Assembly: GCA_041620675.1 (NCBI GenBank)
Contig: JBFKCG010000003.1
Coordinates: 1 to 32,435, forward strand
Length of the DNA: 32,435 nt
Reading direction: 5' to 3'
Source: Nevskiales bacterium
GTDB lineage: Bacteria > Pseudomonadota > Gammaproteobacteria > Nevskiales > DATLYR01
Made by a program: the position numbers and the translations under genes. Shown piece by piece: positions 18,131-29,008 of this stretch. Every line of letters begins with the position of its first letter. Position 1 is the first letter of the stretch. The notes below the pieces were generated by a model. That model did no database searches. It was not told the DNA's origin and worked only from the letters and a program-made list of their open reading frames with translations.

Positions 18131-19093
18131 ATGGATCTCATGGTATGGCTCATCCCAGGATTTGTTTTCATCGCGGTCTTTGCGATCGTCTTGATGTTTG
18201 TGGTGCCATTCACCAACGACGACAAGAAGCGGATGCGCGAGCGCATGGCCAAGATCAACCATGGCGTGATGCCCGAGGCAGCGCACTCCCTGCTGCGGGA
18301 CCAGTACCTGCGCCAACTCTCCCCGCTGGAGCTGTGGCTGGAGGATTTGCCGGGCATGCGCAAGATCGAGCTCTTGTGTGAACAGACCGGCCGCCATATC
18401 CCCGCCTATCGTGTGGTACTGCTGGCACTCGCACTGGCGTCGGCTGCCGGCTTACTGCTGCTAGCCTTTGGGCGTCCGTGGTTTGCACTGCTAGTCTTTA
18501 TCCTGGTTCTGCCGCTGCCTTACCTCAAGCTGAAGAAGGATGCAGAGGCGCGGTTACTGCAATTTGAGCAGCAACTGCCGGACGCGCTTGATGTCATCAG
18601 CCGGGCCCTACGCGCAGGTAATCCCTTCGTTGAGACCCTGCGCGTGGTTGCCGAGGAAATGGATGATCCCATCGCCACAGAATTTGGCATCACGTTTTCC
18701 GACCTGAATTACGGCGTCAGCATCCGGTCCGGCTTTATGGCACTGCTTGAGCGGATACCCAACGTCGGTCTGGCGGCAATGGTAACGGCAGTACTGGTGC
18801 AACGGGAAACTGGTGGCAACATGGCCGAGATCCTTGACCGCATTGCTAGCGTATTGCGCCAGCGCATGCGTTTCCAGAGACGCCTGAAGACCCTGACGGC
18901 CGAAGGGCGCATGTCAGCCACGATACTTGTGCTGATGCCCTTCGTGCTGGCGCTGGTGCTTGCCTTCATTGCGCCGGATTACCTGCCCATGCTGTTGGAT
19001 AGCCCCATCGGCATCCAGCTAATCGGCTTGGCCCTGCTCATCATGGGGTTTGGAATCTGGTGGATTCGCCGAATCATCCGGGTGCAATTCTAG
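18131..19093 (+). CDS. tadB: Tad platform protein TadB
   Basis: T2SSF-like QLPDALD...LRAG, QRETGGN and TAEGRMS. Confidence 0.92.
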   Translation: MDLMVWLIPGFVFIAVFAIVLMFVVPFTNDDKKRMRERMAKINHGVMPEAAHSLLRDQYLRQLSPLELWLEDLPGMRKIELLCEQTGRHIPAYRVVLLALALASAAGLLLLAFGRPWFALLVFILVLPLPYLKLKKDAEARLLQFEQQLPDALDVISRALRAGNPFVETLRVVAEEMDDPIATEFGITFSDLNYGVSIRSGFMALLERIPNVGLAAMVTAVLVQRETGGNMAEILDRIASVLRQRMRFQRRLKTLTAEGRMSATILVLMPFVLALVLAFIAPDYLPMLLDSPIGIQLIGLALLIMGFGIWWIRRIIRVQF

Positions 19094-19102
19094 GAATGGC
19101 CC

Positions 19103-20044
19103 ATGAATAGCCTGACCACACTTGCGGAAAGCCCCTTCTTCGTCCAGCTGCTGGCCGGTGCGATCGGGGTCGCTGTCATGCTGGCAGCATTCCTCTTCCT
19201 CAGCATCGCGGGTGAGCGTGCGCATCCATTGCGGCGGCGACTCAACCGCCTGGGCACTGTCGATCTGCAGACCTCGGAAGTGACCGAGCCCGGCATGGGC
19301 AGTACCTTGCGTCCATTCGGAACTTATCTTTTGCCCAAGCATGAGAAAGAGCGCGAGACCCTCAAGCTCAAGTTGATACGCGCAGGCTTCCGATCAAAGA
19401 CTGCCGCCATCAATCTCTACATCGCCAAGATCGTGCTGGCGATCGTTCTGCCCATCGCGGTCTTGGCCCTGCTGGTTTCGACCACGGAGCTTGACGCCGC
19501 CTTTCTTGTGCTGATCGCGAGCGCGGTTTCCATGACGGGCCTTTTCCTGCCGAATTACCTACTGGATATCCGCATACAAAAGCGGCACCGGGAAATGTTG
19601 TATGCGTTGCCTGATGCGCTGGACCTCCTGGTGGCCTGTACCGAGGCGGGCTTGGGATTGAATGCGGCCTTGCAGCGGGTGGCCCGGCAGATGGACATCA
19701 GCAGCCCGCTGCTGGCCAGGGAGCTGGAACAGGTCAATGCGGAAATGCGTGGCGGCATGGACCGCATAGCCGCGCTCAGGAACCTGACTCATCGCACCGG
19801 CCTGGAGGAGATCCGTGGCCTGGTGTCGCTGCTGTCACAAAGTGTGCGCTTTGGTAGTGCCATTGCGGACATCCTGCGCATATATGCCGAGGAGTTTCGC
19901 GATAAGCGTTCGCAGGCAGCCGAAGAGCAGGCTGCCCTCGTCGGCACCAAGCTGATCTTCCCCTTGTGCTTTTGTATCTTCCCGTCGTTCTTCATTGTGG
20001 CAGTGGGGCCTGCGGTGGTGGCACTGGTCAAGGCACTGGCGTGA
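19103..20044 (+). CDS. tadC: Tad platform protein TadC
   Basis: LPDALDLLVAC.EAGLGL, AEEQA...KLIFPL..CIFP and GPA. Confidence 0.92.
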   Translation: MNSLTTLAESPFFVQLLAGAIGVAVMLAAFLFLSIAGERAHPLRRRLNRLGTVDLQTSEVTEPGMGSTLRPFGTYLLPKHEKERETLKLKLIRAGFRSKTAAINLYIAKIVLAIVLPIAVLALLVSTTELDAAFLVLIASAVSMTGLFLPNYLLDIRIQKRHREMLYALPDALDLLVACTEAGLGLNAALQRVARQMDISSPLLARELEQVNAEMRGGMDRIAALRNLTHRTGLEEIRGLVSLLSQSVRFGSAIADILRIYAEEFRDKRSQAAEEQAALVGTKLIFPLCFCIFPSFFIVAVGPAVVALVKALA

Positions 20045-20085
20045 AGGCTTGCTGGATGGTTTATAGGGATTCGGGAGACTTCGAC

Positions 20086-20982
20086 ATGAAGAAGAAATCA
20101 CGGATGGGATCAATCAATGTGCTGTTGCGGCCGCTCGTGGGCGTGCTGGTGTTGTTCCTGGCCAGCTGCACGGCGATGCCAACGAAGCACAATGTCCAGG
20201 GGTCCGAGCCCAATGAAGCGCAGCAGGCACTGCAGCGCGGGGACAGTGCATTCCAGGCGGGAGATTCCGGCAAGGCACTCATGGAATATGTCAGTGCCCT
20301 GCAGGCTGATCCGAAGAATATCGAAATACATTACCGGATCGGTGCGACTTACGAGGCCCGCGGAGAAAACCAGGCGGCACGGCAGGCCTTTCAGGACGCT
20401 CTCAAGATCAATCCGGCTCATGTCGGCGCACAAGAAGGCCTCGGCCTAGCCTTGATGAAGCTGCACCAGAAGAAAGAAGCGAAGACGCATCTGCAGCGTG
20501 CGCTGGCTGCCGATCCAAAACGCTGGCGCACACTCAACGGACTGGGGGTCGTGGCCGACCTGGAACGTAACCCCGAAGCAGCGTTCGGCTATTACCAGGC
20601 TGCGCTCAAGATCAAGCCGAATCACCCGATGTTGCTGAATAACCTGGGCTATTCGCGCTATCTGGCGGGCGACTATCCGGCTGCGCGTTCCTACTTCGAG
20701 CGTGTTCTGGCGCAAGACGCAGATAATCGTCGCGCCTGGGCCAACCTGGCGCTGGTCCAGGTCAGGCAGGGCAACAACGATGCCGGGGTGGCAGCCTTCG
20801 CCGAGGTGCTTGAACCGTATCAGGCCAATAATAATGTGGGCTACCTGCTCTATAAGCAGGGCAAGTTGAATGAGGCACGGCATTACTTGCAACGTGCCGT
20901 CAGCCTGTCGCCCACCTATTACGCGATGGCCAAGGAAAACCTGGCGCGCGTTGACGCGGCATCAAATTCCAAACCTCGGTAA
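20086..20982 (+). CDS. tadD: TadD-like TPR lipoprotein
   Basis: Lipobox LASC; multiple TPRs (LNNLGYS, NNVGY); last gene of the tad operon. Confidence 0.85.
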   Translation: MKKKSRMGSINVLLRPLVGVLVLFLASCTAMPTKHNVQGSEPNEAQQALQRGDSAFQAGDSGKALMEYVSALQADPKNIEIHYRIGATYEARGENQAARQAFQDALKINPAHVGAQEGLGLALMKLHQKKEAKTHLQRALAADPKRWRTLNGLGVVADLERNPEAAFGYYQAALKIKPNHPMLLNNLGYSRYLAGDYPAARSYFERVLAQDADNRRAWANLALVQVRQGNNDAGVAAFAEVLEPYQANNNVGYLLYKQGKLNEARHYLQRAVSLSPTYYAMAKENLARVDAASNSKPR

Positions 20983-21149
20983 ATCTTGGCCTGGGTGGCA
21001 GGGCAGGCGTCGGCAGCCATAACCGAGGTAACCGGGATGTCAGCGGCCTCGTGCCGCGCGAGCTGCCTGCGTGGGTATGTCAATTCGGTGGGGGGCTAAG
21101 GTAAAATTGCGCGGTAACCGCATCGTTTTACCAATCGCAACCCGACGTC

Positions 21150-21620
21150 ATGCCACGCAATATCACGCTTCGCAGTTCTGCCATCCACGGCAAAGGCATT
21201 TTTGCCGCCCGTGACATCCCCGCCGGCACCGAGATCATCGAATATCGTGGACGTGTCATTACGCACCGGCAGGCGGATCAATGGTATGGCGTGTATGAAG
21301 GCGAGGATGATGGCCATACCTTCTTGCTGACCTTGAATGACAAGTTCATCCTGGACGCGAACGTGGATGGCAACTGGGCGCGTTGGATTAACCACAGCTG
21401 CGATCCCAATTGTGAATTGCTGCTGTGGGAGCACGAGTCCGGTGACCCGCGCCGAGAACGCGTGCTCATCAGCGCGATCCGGCGTATCCGCAAGGGCGAG
21501 GAGCTGACCTACAACTACGGGATTGAGGCGCACGAGCCCGTCACGCCGGCCATGCGCGAAGTGTGGGCCTGTCGCTGCGGTGCCGTCGGTTGCCAGGGGA
21601 CGATGCTCAAGGCGGGATAG
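21150..21620 (+). CDS. SET-domain protein-lysine methyltransferase with post-SET Zn motif
   Basis: SAIHGKGIFA, EYRG, RWINHSCDPN, GEELTYNY and CRCGAVGC. Confidence 0.95.
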   Translation: MPRNITLRSSAIHGKGIFAARDIPAGTEIIEYRGRVITHRQADQWYGVYEGEDDGHTFLLTLNDKFILDANVDGNWARWINHSCDPNCELLLWEHESGDPRRERVLISAIRRIRKGEELTYNYGIEAHEPVTPAMREVWACRCGAVGCQGTMLKAG

Positions 21621-21682
21621 TCTCCTCGGGTAGCCGGCGCCCACGACTCCCCCCTCTGCATTCACTCTAGTATGGTATTGGT

Positions 21683-23083
21683 ATGACGCCCTCATACCGA
21701 TTGCGTGCGGCATGCGCCTGTATGCTGGTACTGGCACTCACGGCTTGCGCAAGCCTGCCGGACTATGGCGCCCTGAATCGAGAGACAACCTGGTGGCGGG
21801 TTGATGCCCCGCGCGTCCAGGTCACCCGTGGCTTGCTGTCAGAAGAACAAAGTGCCCGCATCATTCGACAGTTGGGTGAGCAGGGCGAGAGCACGTTGCT
21901 GCAGCGACACCTGGCATTCATGGAGGCAATCAGCGACATCCCGCTGGTCGCGGGCAATGAAGCAAGCCTGCTCATTGATGGCCCCGCCACGCGCAAGGCC
22001 ATGTTCGAGGCAATCAAGAACGCGCGTCGAGAGATCCTGGTCGAGACCTACATCTTCGAGGACGATGATTTCGGCACGGAATTGTCCGAGCTACTGCGGC
22101 AAAAACGGGCTGAGGGCGTCCAGGTCTATGTGATCTATGACAGCGTGGGGTCGGTGACGACACCCGTAGCTTTCTTCGACAGGATGCGGGAGGCTGCAGT
22201 TGGGGTCTGCGAGTACAACCCGATCAACCCGCTGCGCGCACGCATCTTCGATCCCAACCGGCGCGACCACCGGAAATTGATGGTGATTGATGGCGAGGTC
22301 GCGCTGACTGGCGGCATCAATATCAGCCGCGTTTACCAGCGCGGCTCGCTGGCGTTCTGGAGCCAGCCGGGCAGGCGCGACAAGGCCAGTCAGGTGGGTT
22401 GGCGAGACACCCATGTCCAGATCAGCGGGCCGGCGGCGGCCAGGTTTCGCGAGCTTTTTGTCGAGACCTGGGGTCGGCAGATATGTCCCGGCATCATCGC
22501 GGACGAGACGCTGCCTGTCGCAGCACCTCAGGGCAACAAGCTGGTGCGCGTGATCGGCACGAGTCCTGATGATGAGCAGAACCTCATGTACCTCGAGTTA
22601 TTGTCGGCCATCGATCACGCGGAAGAGAACATCCTGGTGACCATGGCCTACTTCGTGCCGGACCCCGAGATGATCCGTGTCTTGTCGGCTGCTGCCCGGC
22701 GCGGTGTCGAGGTAAAGCTCATACTTGCCAATGAAGGCAATTATCGGCTTGTGTTCCATGCGGGCCGGTCAAAATATACCGAGCTGCTCAGTGCCGGCGT
22801 GCAGATCTACGAATGGAAAGACGCGCCGTTGCATGCCAAGACGGCCGTGATTGATGGTGTATGGTCAAATGTGGGCTCTGCCAACCTGGACTGGCGCAGC
22901 TTCCTGCACAATGACGAGGTGAACGCGGTGATCCTGGGCGAGGACTTTGCACGAGAGATGGAGCTGCAGTTCGAGAAAGACCTGTCATTGGCAGATCGCA
23001 TCACGCTCCCGGAGTGGTCGCGCCGTGGTTATGAAGATCGCTTCAAGGAGTTTGGCGCACGTGTCTTCGAGTATTGGCTCTAG
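21683..23083 (+). CDS. Phospholipase D-family cardiolipin synthase-like protein with lipoprotein signal
   Basis: Two HKD motifs (HRKLMVID, HAKTAVID), GGINI, WRDT and GSANLD; N-terminal lipobox LTAC. Confidence 0.88.
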   Translation: MTPSYRLRAACACMLVLALTACASLPDYGALNRETTWWRVDAPRVQVTRGLLSEEQSARIIRQLGEQGESTLLQRHLAFMEAISDIPLVAGNEASLLIDGPATRKAMFEAIKNARREILVETYIFEDDDFGTELSELLRQKRAEGVQVYVIYDSVGSVTTPVAFFDRMREAAVGVCEYNPINPLRARIFDPNRRDHRKLMVIDGEVALTGGINISRVYQRGSLAFWSQPGRRDKASQVGWRDTHVQISGPAAARFRELFVETWGRQICPGIIADETLPVAAPQGNKLVRVIGTSPDDEQNLMYLELLSAIDHAEENILVTMAYFVPDPEMIRVLSAAARRGVEVKLILANEGNYRLVFHAGRSKYTELLSAGVQIYEWKDAPLHAKTAVIDGVWSNVGSANLDWRSFLHNDEVNAVILGEDFAREMELQFEKDLSLADRITLPEWSRRGYEDRFKEFGARVFEYWL

Positions 23084-23120
23084 TGATTGACGTATTGGCA
23101 GCACAGCAGACGGGCATACC

Positions 23121-25826
23121 GTGAAACCAGACCCAAGACCCATTTTCTCTGAGCGTGACCAGCCCCTGCGTGACGATGTCCGGTTGCTGGGTGCGATTTT
23201 GGGAGATGTGCTGAAGGAGCAGGGTCCGGACGGTTTATTTGAACGGGTCGAGGCGGTTCGCCGGGCTTCGCGCAAGCGGCGCATGGGCGAAGCCAATGCG
23301 GATAAGGAACTGGCCGAGCTCCTGGGCGGGCTCGAGGTGGAAGCGGCGCTTAATCTGGTGCGCGCGTTCTCGGCTTACTTCTTCATCGTCAATATGGCAG
23401 AGCGGATTCATCGCCTGCGACGCGCCATTGAATATCGGCGCGAGGGGCGAAGCCAACCGGGCAGCTGGGACTCGGTGATACAGGGGCTGGCCGCGGCCGG
23501 TGTCAGCGCCGACGAGCTGTTGGGAATGCTGGGGCGGTTACACATCAATCCGGTGTTTACCGCACATCCTACCGAGGCAACCCGTCGCACGTTGCTGGTC
23601 AAGGAGCAGCGCATCGCACGCGCGCTGATGGATCGCCTGTCATTGGAACCGGACCCAGAGGCCATCCTGGCACGCGTGCGTAACGAGATCACCGCAGCGT
23701 GGCAGACCGAGGAGCAATTGGCGATAAGGCCCAGCGTCGCCGATGAGGTCGAGCACATCCTCTTTTACCTTTCGGAAGTGGTGTACCGCATTATCCCGCG
23801 CTACTACAACAACCTGAATGCGGCCATCGAGCGCCATTACGGCTCAGGGGCAGTACCGGACGCGCTGCCAGTTATCCTGAGCTTCGCCTCATGGGTCGGT
23901 GGTGACATGGACGGCAACCCGAATGTCGGGCCGGATACCATCCGCGAGACGCTGGACCGGCATCAGGACCTGTGCCTGCGCAGGTATCGCGCGGACGTAC
24001 AGGACCTGTTTGGCCATCTCACCCAGTCGACCAGTCTGGTAACGGTGGATGCAGCCGTGCTGGCGCGCGTGGAGGCCTATCGACGGCAGATGCCGGATGA
24101 GATTGAGAAGATACCGGCCCGCTATCAGGAAATGCCATATCGGCAGTTGTTGTGGTGCATCGCGCGTCGCCTGGACGATACCCGTGGCGGCGGCAAGCAT
24201 CCCTACACAGTGCCCGCTGAATTCATGGAGGATTTGCAATGCATCCATGACAGCCTGCGCAACAACCGTGGCGAGCATGCCGGCGCCTACCTGTTGCCAC
24301 GCCTGATTCGCTGTGTGCAAACCTTCGGCTTTCACCTGGCTACGCTGGACGTGCGTCAGCACGCACTGACACACCGGCAGGCAGTCGGCGAGTTGTTGGG
24401 TGTGGCGGATTTCACCGAGCAAGCCGCAGTGCAACGCACCAGGCAATTGCAGGCGGCACTTGCGGAACTACCTCAGCTGCAAGCCCCGGCGTCAGCGGAA
24501 ACCACGCGATGTCTTGATGTGTTCCGCGCAATCGCCGAGGCGCGCGCCCGACACGGTGACAAGGCAGCCGGGTTGATGGTCATCAGCATGGCGCAGGGTG
24601 CCGATGATGCTCTCGCCGTGTTGCTGCTGGCCAAGGCCGCAGGCACGCTGGATGAGAATGGGCAAGCTGCCCTGGATGTCGCGCCCTTGTTCGAGACCGT
24701 GGATGACCTGGTCAATGCACGTTCAACGCTGGAAACCTTATGGGCAAACGAGCGCTACCGTGAGCATCTGCGCGCGCGGGGCGACATGCAGTACGTGATG
24801 CTGGGTTACTCCGACAGCAACAAGGACTCCGGCCTGGCCTCCTCGCGCTGGAGCCTCTACAACGCCCAACGCGAGATCGTGGCGGCATCAAAGCGGGCCG
24901 GCGTGCGCGTGACACTTTTCCATGGGCGCGGGGGCTCCATCAGTCGTGGAGGAGGCAAGCCACGCGAGGCGATTCTGGCGGAACCTGTCGGCGCCATCGA
25001 CGGGCGGCTGCGCATGACCGAGCAGGGCGAGATCATTCATACGAAGTTCGGCTTGCGCGGGCTGGCGATCCGTACCCTTGAGCTGGCTGGCTCTGCCGTG
25101 CTGGAGCGACTAGGACCAAATGCGCCGCCGGTGACCGCGACCGAATGGTCTGATGCGATGCAGGTGTTTGCCGACAGCAGCCGCGCCTGCTACCGCGAAC
25201 TGGTGTATGGCCATGCCGGCTTCAAGCAGTACTTCCGCGAAGCAACGCCTATCGACGTAATCGAGCGCATGCTGATCGGTTCCCGGCCGGCGCGCCGGAG
25301 CGGGCAGGCCGGTATCGAGGATTTGCGTGCCATTCCCTGGGTGTTCGCCTGGACGCAGTCGCGGCATATCCTGCCGGGTTGGTATGGCGTCGGCTATGGA
25401 TTGGCGCAAGCCGAGCAGCAATGCGGGCTGGCCTTGCTCAGGACTCTGGCAGCCAGGTGGCCTTTCTTCAGTGCGCTCCTGTCCGATGCCGAGATGGCAC
25501 ATGCCAAGGCCGATCTGGATATCGCGCGCCGCTATGCCGCGCTCTCCCCGGAAGTTGGTCCTGACATCTTCGCGAAGATAGAAGAAGAATATGCGCGAAC
25601 ACGCGAGATGATTTGTCGCGTGCGCGAGACGGATGAATTGCTGACCCATGAACCGGTGCTGCGGCGTGCGCTGTGGCTGCGCAACCCCTATGTGGATCCC
25701 ATGAGCGTGGTGCAGGTTGACCTGCTGCAGCGTTGGCGCGATTCGGGTCGCGAGGACACCCGACTTGAGCGTGCCCTGATCGCCAGTGTGCATGGCATCG
25801 CGCGGGGAATGCAGAACACGGGCTAG
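23121..25826 (+). CDS. ppc: Phosphoenolpyruvate carboxylase
   Basis: VFTAHPTE, VMLGYSDSNKD, FHGRGGSISRGG, TEQGE, LRAIPWVF, LRNPYVDP and C-terminal MQNTG. Confidence 0.97.
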   Translation: MKPDPRPIFSERDQPLRDDVRLLGAILGDVLKEQGPDGLFERVEAVRRASRKRRMGEANADKELAELLGGLEVEAALNLVRAFSAYFFIVNMAERIHRLRRAIEYRREGRSQPGSWDSVIQGLAAAGVSADELLGMLGRLHINPVFTAHPTEATRRTLLVKEQRIARALMDRLSLEPDPEAILARVRNEITAAWQTEEQLAIRPSVADEVEHILFYLSEVVYRIIPRYYNNLNAAIERHYGSGAVPDALPVILSFASWVGGDMDGNPNVGPDTIRETLDRHQDLCLRRYRADVQDLFGHLTQSTSLVTVDAAVLARVEAYRRQMPDEIEKIPARYQEMPYRQLLWCIARRLDDTRGGGKHPYTVPAEFMEDLQCIHDSLRNNRGEHAGAYLLPRLIRCVQTFGFHLATLDVRQHALTHRQAVGELLGVADFTEQAAVQRTRQLQAALAELPQLQAPASAETTRCLDVFRAIAEARARHGDKAAGLMVISMAQGADDALAVLLLAKAAGTLDENGQAALDVAPLFETVDDLVNARSTLETLWANERYREHLRARGDMQYVMLGYSDSNKDSGLASSRWSLYNAQREIVAASKRAGVRVTLFHGRGGSISRGGGKPREAILAEPVGAIDGRLRMTEQGEIIHTKFGLRGLAIRTLELAGSAVLERLGPNAPPVTATEWSDAMQVFADSSRACYRELVYGHAGFKQYFREATPIDVIERMLIGSRPARRSGQAGIEDLRAIPWVFAWTQSRHILPGWYGVGYGLAQAEQQCGLALLRTLAARWPFFSALLSDAEMAHAKADLDIARRYAALSPEVGPDIFAKIEEEYARTREMICRVRETDELLTHEPVLRRALWLRNPYVDPMSVVQVDLLQRWRDSGREDTRLERALIASVHGIARGMQNTG

Positions 25827-25847
25827 CCGCCATCGCGCACCAGCCAC

Positions 25848-25875
25848 AAAAAAGCCGGCATGCGCCGGCTTTTTT
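25848..25875. terminator. Bidirectional intrinsic terminator between ppc and the desaturase
   Basis: AAAAAA-GCCGGC-ATGC-GCCGGC-TTTTTT. Confidence 0.9.
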
Positions 25876-25889
25876 GATGACCCTAACGG

Positions 25890-27071
<1,182 letters not shown>

Positions 27072-27099
27072 GATCGAAACTCCCCTGAGTGACAAGTTA

Positions 27100-27141
27100 A
27101 TTATACATAGATATATACACATGTCTATACAGGTGTATAAT
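27100..27141. promoter_or_regulatory. Divergent promoters overlapped by three tandem FabR/DesT-type operators
   Basis: TATACAtaGATATA (27102), TATACAcaTGTCTA (27114), TATACAggTGTATA (27126); TATAAT on - (27105-27100) and on + (27136-27141). Confidence 0.75.
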
Positions 27142-27186
27142 GACTGCCACCGGCCTTAAGGCGTCTCCGATACTATTTAGTTAGCC

Positions 27187-27816
27187 ATGCAGAAAGCATC
27201 AGTCAGGAAGGGGGGAATTGAGCGCGATGACGTGATCGCGGCTGCGCTGAAGCTGCTTGGCCCAAATCGCAGTGTATCCAGCCTTAGCCTGCGCGAGGTT
27301 GCGCGTGAGGCAGGGATCGCACCCAACAGCTTCTATCGCCACTTCCGTGACATCGATGAACTGGCGGTTGCCCTGATTGACCTCGCAGGCGGCACCTTGC
27401 GCCAGATCATCCGTGAAGCCCGCCTGCGAGTCTCCGCAGGTGGGGAAGTCGTCCGGCCATCGGTTGAGGCTTTCATGGAGCAACTGGGATCGGATGACAA
27501 GCTCCTGCACATCCTGCTGCGTGAAGGTTCGGTCGGCTCGGACGCCTTCAAGCAGGCGGTGGATCGCGAGCTGCGTCATTTCGAAGATGAGTTGCGCGAT
27601 GACCTGATCCGCCTGTCGCAGGTAGATTGGCCCAAGGCTTACCAGCCTGCGCTGGTGTCCAAGGCCATCACTCGCCTGGTATTCGCGATGGGCTCTGCGG
27701 CCATGGACCTGCCGCCTGAGCAGCGCCAGCAGATGACGGACCAGACCGTCGAGATGGTGCGCATGATCGTGGTGGGCGCACAGGCGTTGGCACGCGAGGT
27801 TCCCAGCCCCAACTGA
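27187..27816 (+). CDS. fabR: TetR-family repressor FabR/DesT
   Basis: SSLSLREVAREAGIAPNSFYRHFRDIDEL HTH typical of FabR; divergent from a desaturase. Confidence 0.88.
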   Translation: MQKASVRKGGIERDDVIAAALKLLGPNRSVSSLSLREVAREAGIAPNSFYRHFRDIDELAVALIDLAGGTLRQIIREARLRVSAGGEVVRPSVEAFMEQLGSDDKLLHILLREGSVGSDAFKQAVDRELRHFEDELRDDLIRLSQVDWPKAYQPALVSKAITRLVFAMGSAAMDLPPEQRQQMTDQTVEMVRMIVVGAQALAREVPSPN

Positions 27817-27874
27817 TCTGACCGGTCGTGTTGCCTGCGACGCAGGCGTACCATACGGACATGGCCCGACCGGG

Positions 27875-28885
27875 GTGCCCCTCATGCCTGGAGGCGCTTC
27901 ACCATGGCAGCGGCGACTGTTGGTTGCCGGACTCTGTTGCCTGTTCGCGATGCCGGCGCAAGCGCGCAGGTTTGACCAGGCCGCGCCCACACACGCGATT
28001 TCCTACCGCTTCGATCACTTGCGCACCGCGCGCGATGCCGAGTTGCAGCAGCAGCTTGACGAGCAACTGCTAAAGCTACATCTCGGGCCCGCGCTGCGCA
28101 GTCAGCGGCTGGCGGTTGCGTTGGTTGACCTCACCGAGTTGTCAAAGCCACGCCTGGCAATGGCCAATGGCGACACCATGCTCTATGCGGCCAGCCTGCC
28201 GAAGATCGCGATCCTGCTAGCCGCCTACCAGCGCCGCCATGAAGGCAGGCTGAGATGGGAGCCCTGGCATGAATCACGGGTCGTCGACATGATCCGCGTC
28301 TCGTCGAATCGCGCGGCCAGCCAGGTCCTCGCCTGGGCGGGACAGAAGTACCTGCAGCGCCTGCTGCAATCAAGCCAGTACAAGTTGTATGACAAGCACT
28401 ACAACGGGGGCTTGTGGGTTGGTCGTGGTTATGGCGGTGGCGGACCGACAATGCGCGACCCGCTGCATAACCTCTCGCACGGGGCCACGGCTTTCCAGGT
28501 CGCACGTTTTTACCACCTGCTGGCCATTGGCCGACTGGTGTCGCGTAATGAAAGCAGGGCCATGAAGCGGGTAATGAGTTCACCCGGCATTCGCCATAAG
28601 TTTGTTGCCGGTCTGATGCCGATGTATCCGGACTCGGTCATGTACAGAAAGTCGGGCTCTTGGCGCAGCTTTCATGCCGATAGTGCGCTGGTTGAGCGCG
28701 GTGAGCGTCGCTACATCGCCGTGGCGCTGGCAGATGACCCTAGAGGTGAGCAGTGGCTGAGGCAGCTGATTGTTGCGCTAGACCAGATCATCTTCAGACA
28801 GCCATACCATGGATTTTCGATGTCGACGCCAAGTTGCCTGACTCGTTACGTCTGCAGAATCCCGTATCGCTACGCGGGAGAGTGA
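27875..28885 (+). CDS. Exported serine hydrolase, class A beta-lactamase-like fold
   Basis: SLPK (SxxK), SSN (SxN) and KSG; signal peptide ending AQA. Start uncertain. Confidence 0.82.
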   Translation: MPLMPGGASPWQRRLLVAGLCCLFAMPAQARRFDQAAPTHAISYRFDHLRTARDAELQQQLDEQLLKLHLGPALRSQRLAVALVDLTELSKPRLAMANGDTMLYAASLPKIAILLAAYQRRHEGRLRWEPWHESRVVDMIRVSSNRAASQVLAWAGQKYLQRLLQSSQYKLYDKHYNGGLWVGRGYGGGGPTMRDPLHNLSHGATAFQVARFYHLLAIGRLVSRNESRAMKRVMSSPGIRHKFVAGLMPMYPDSVMYRKSGSWRSFHADSALVERGERRYIAVALADDPRGEQWLRQLIVALDQIIFRQPYHGFSMSTPSCLTRYVCRIPYRYAGE

Positions 28886-29008
28886 AGTCGGCGACTTGCA
28901 AGACATGGCACATAGGCTCAAGCTGAACACAGCCCCACCTGTGGTGGACAACAACTGGCTCAGGGGTAGTTCCGATCACATCGAACGATAATTCGTAAAG
29001 GAGAGGAC

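Noticed and set aside
27875-28885. Class A beta-lactamase resistance gene
   Set aside because: SxxK, SxN and KSG are present, but I see no Glu166-type omega-loop motif (the region is Gly-rich) and there is no mobile context; a PBP-like hydrolase is more likely.
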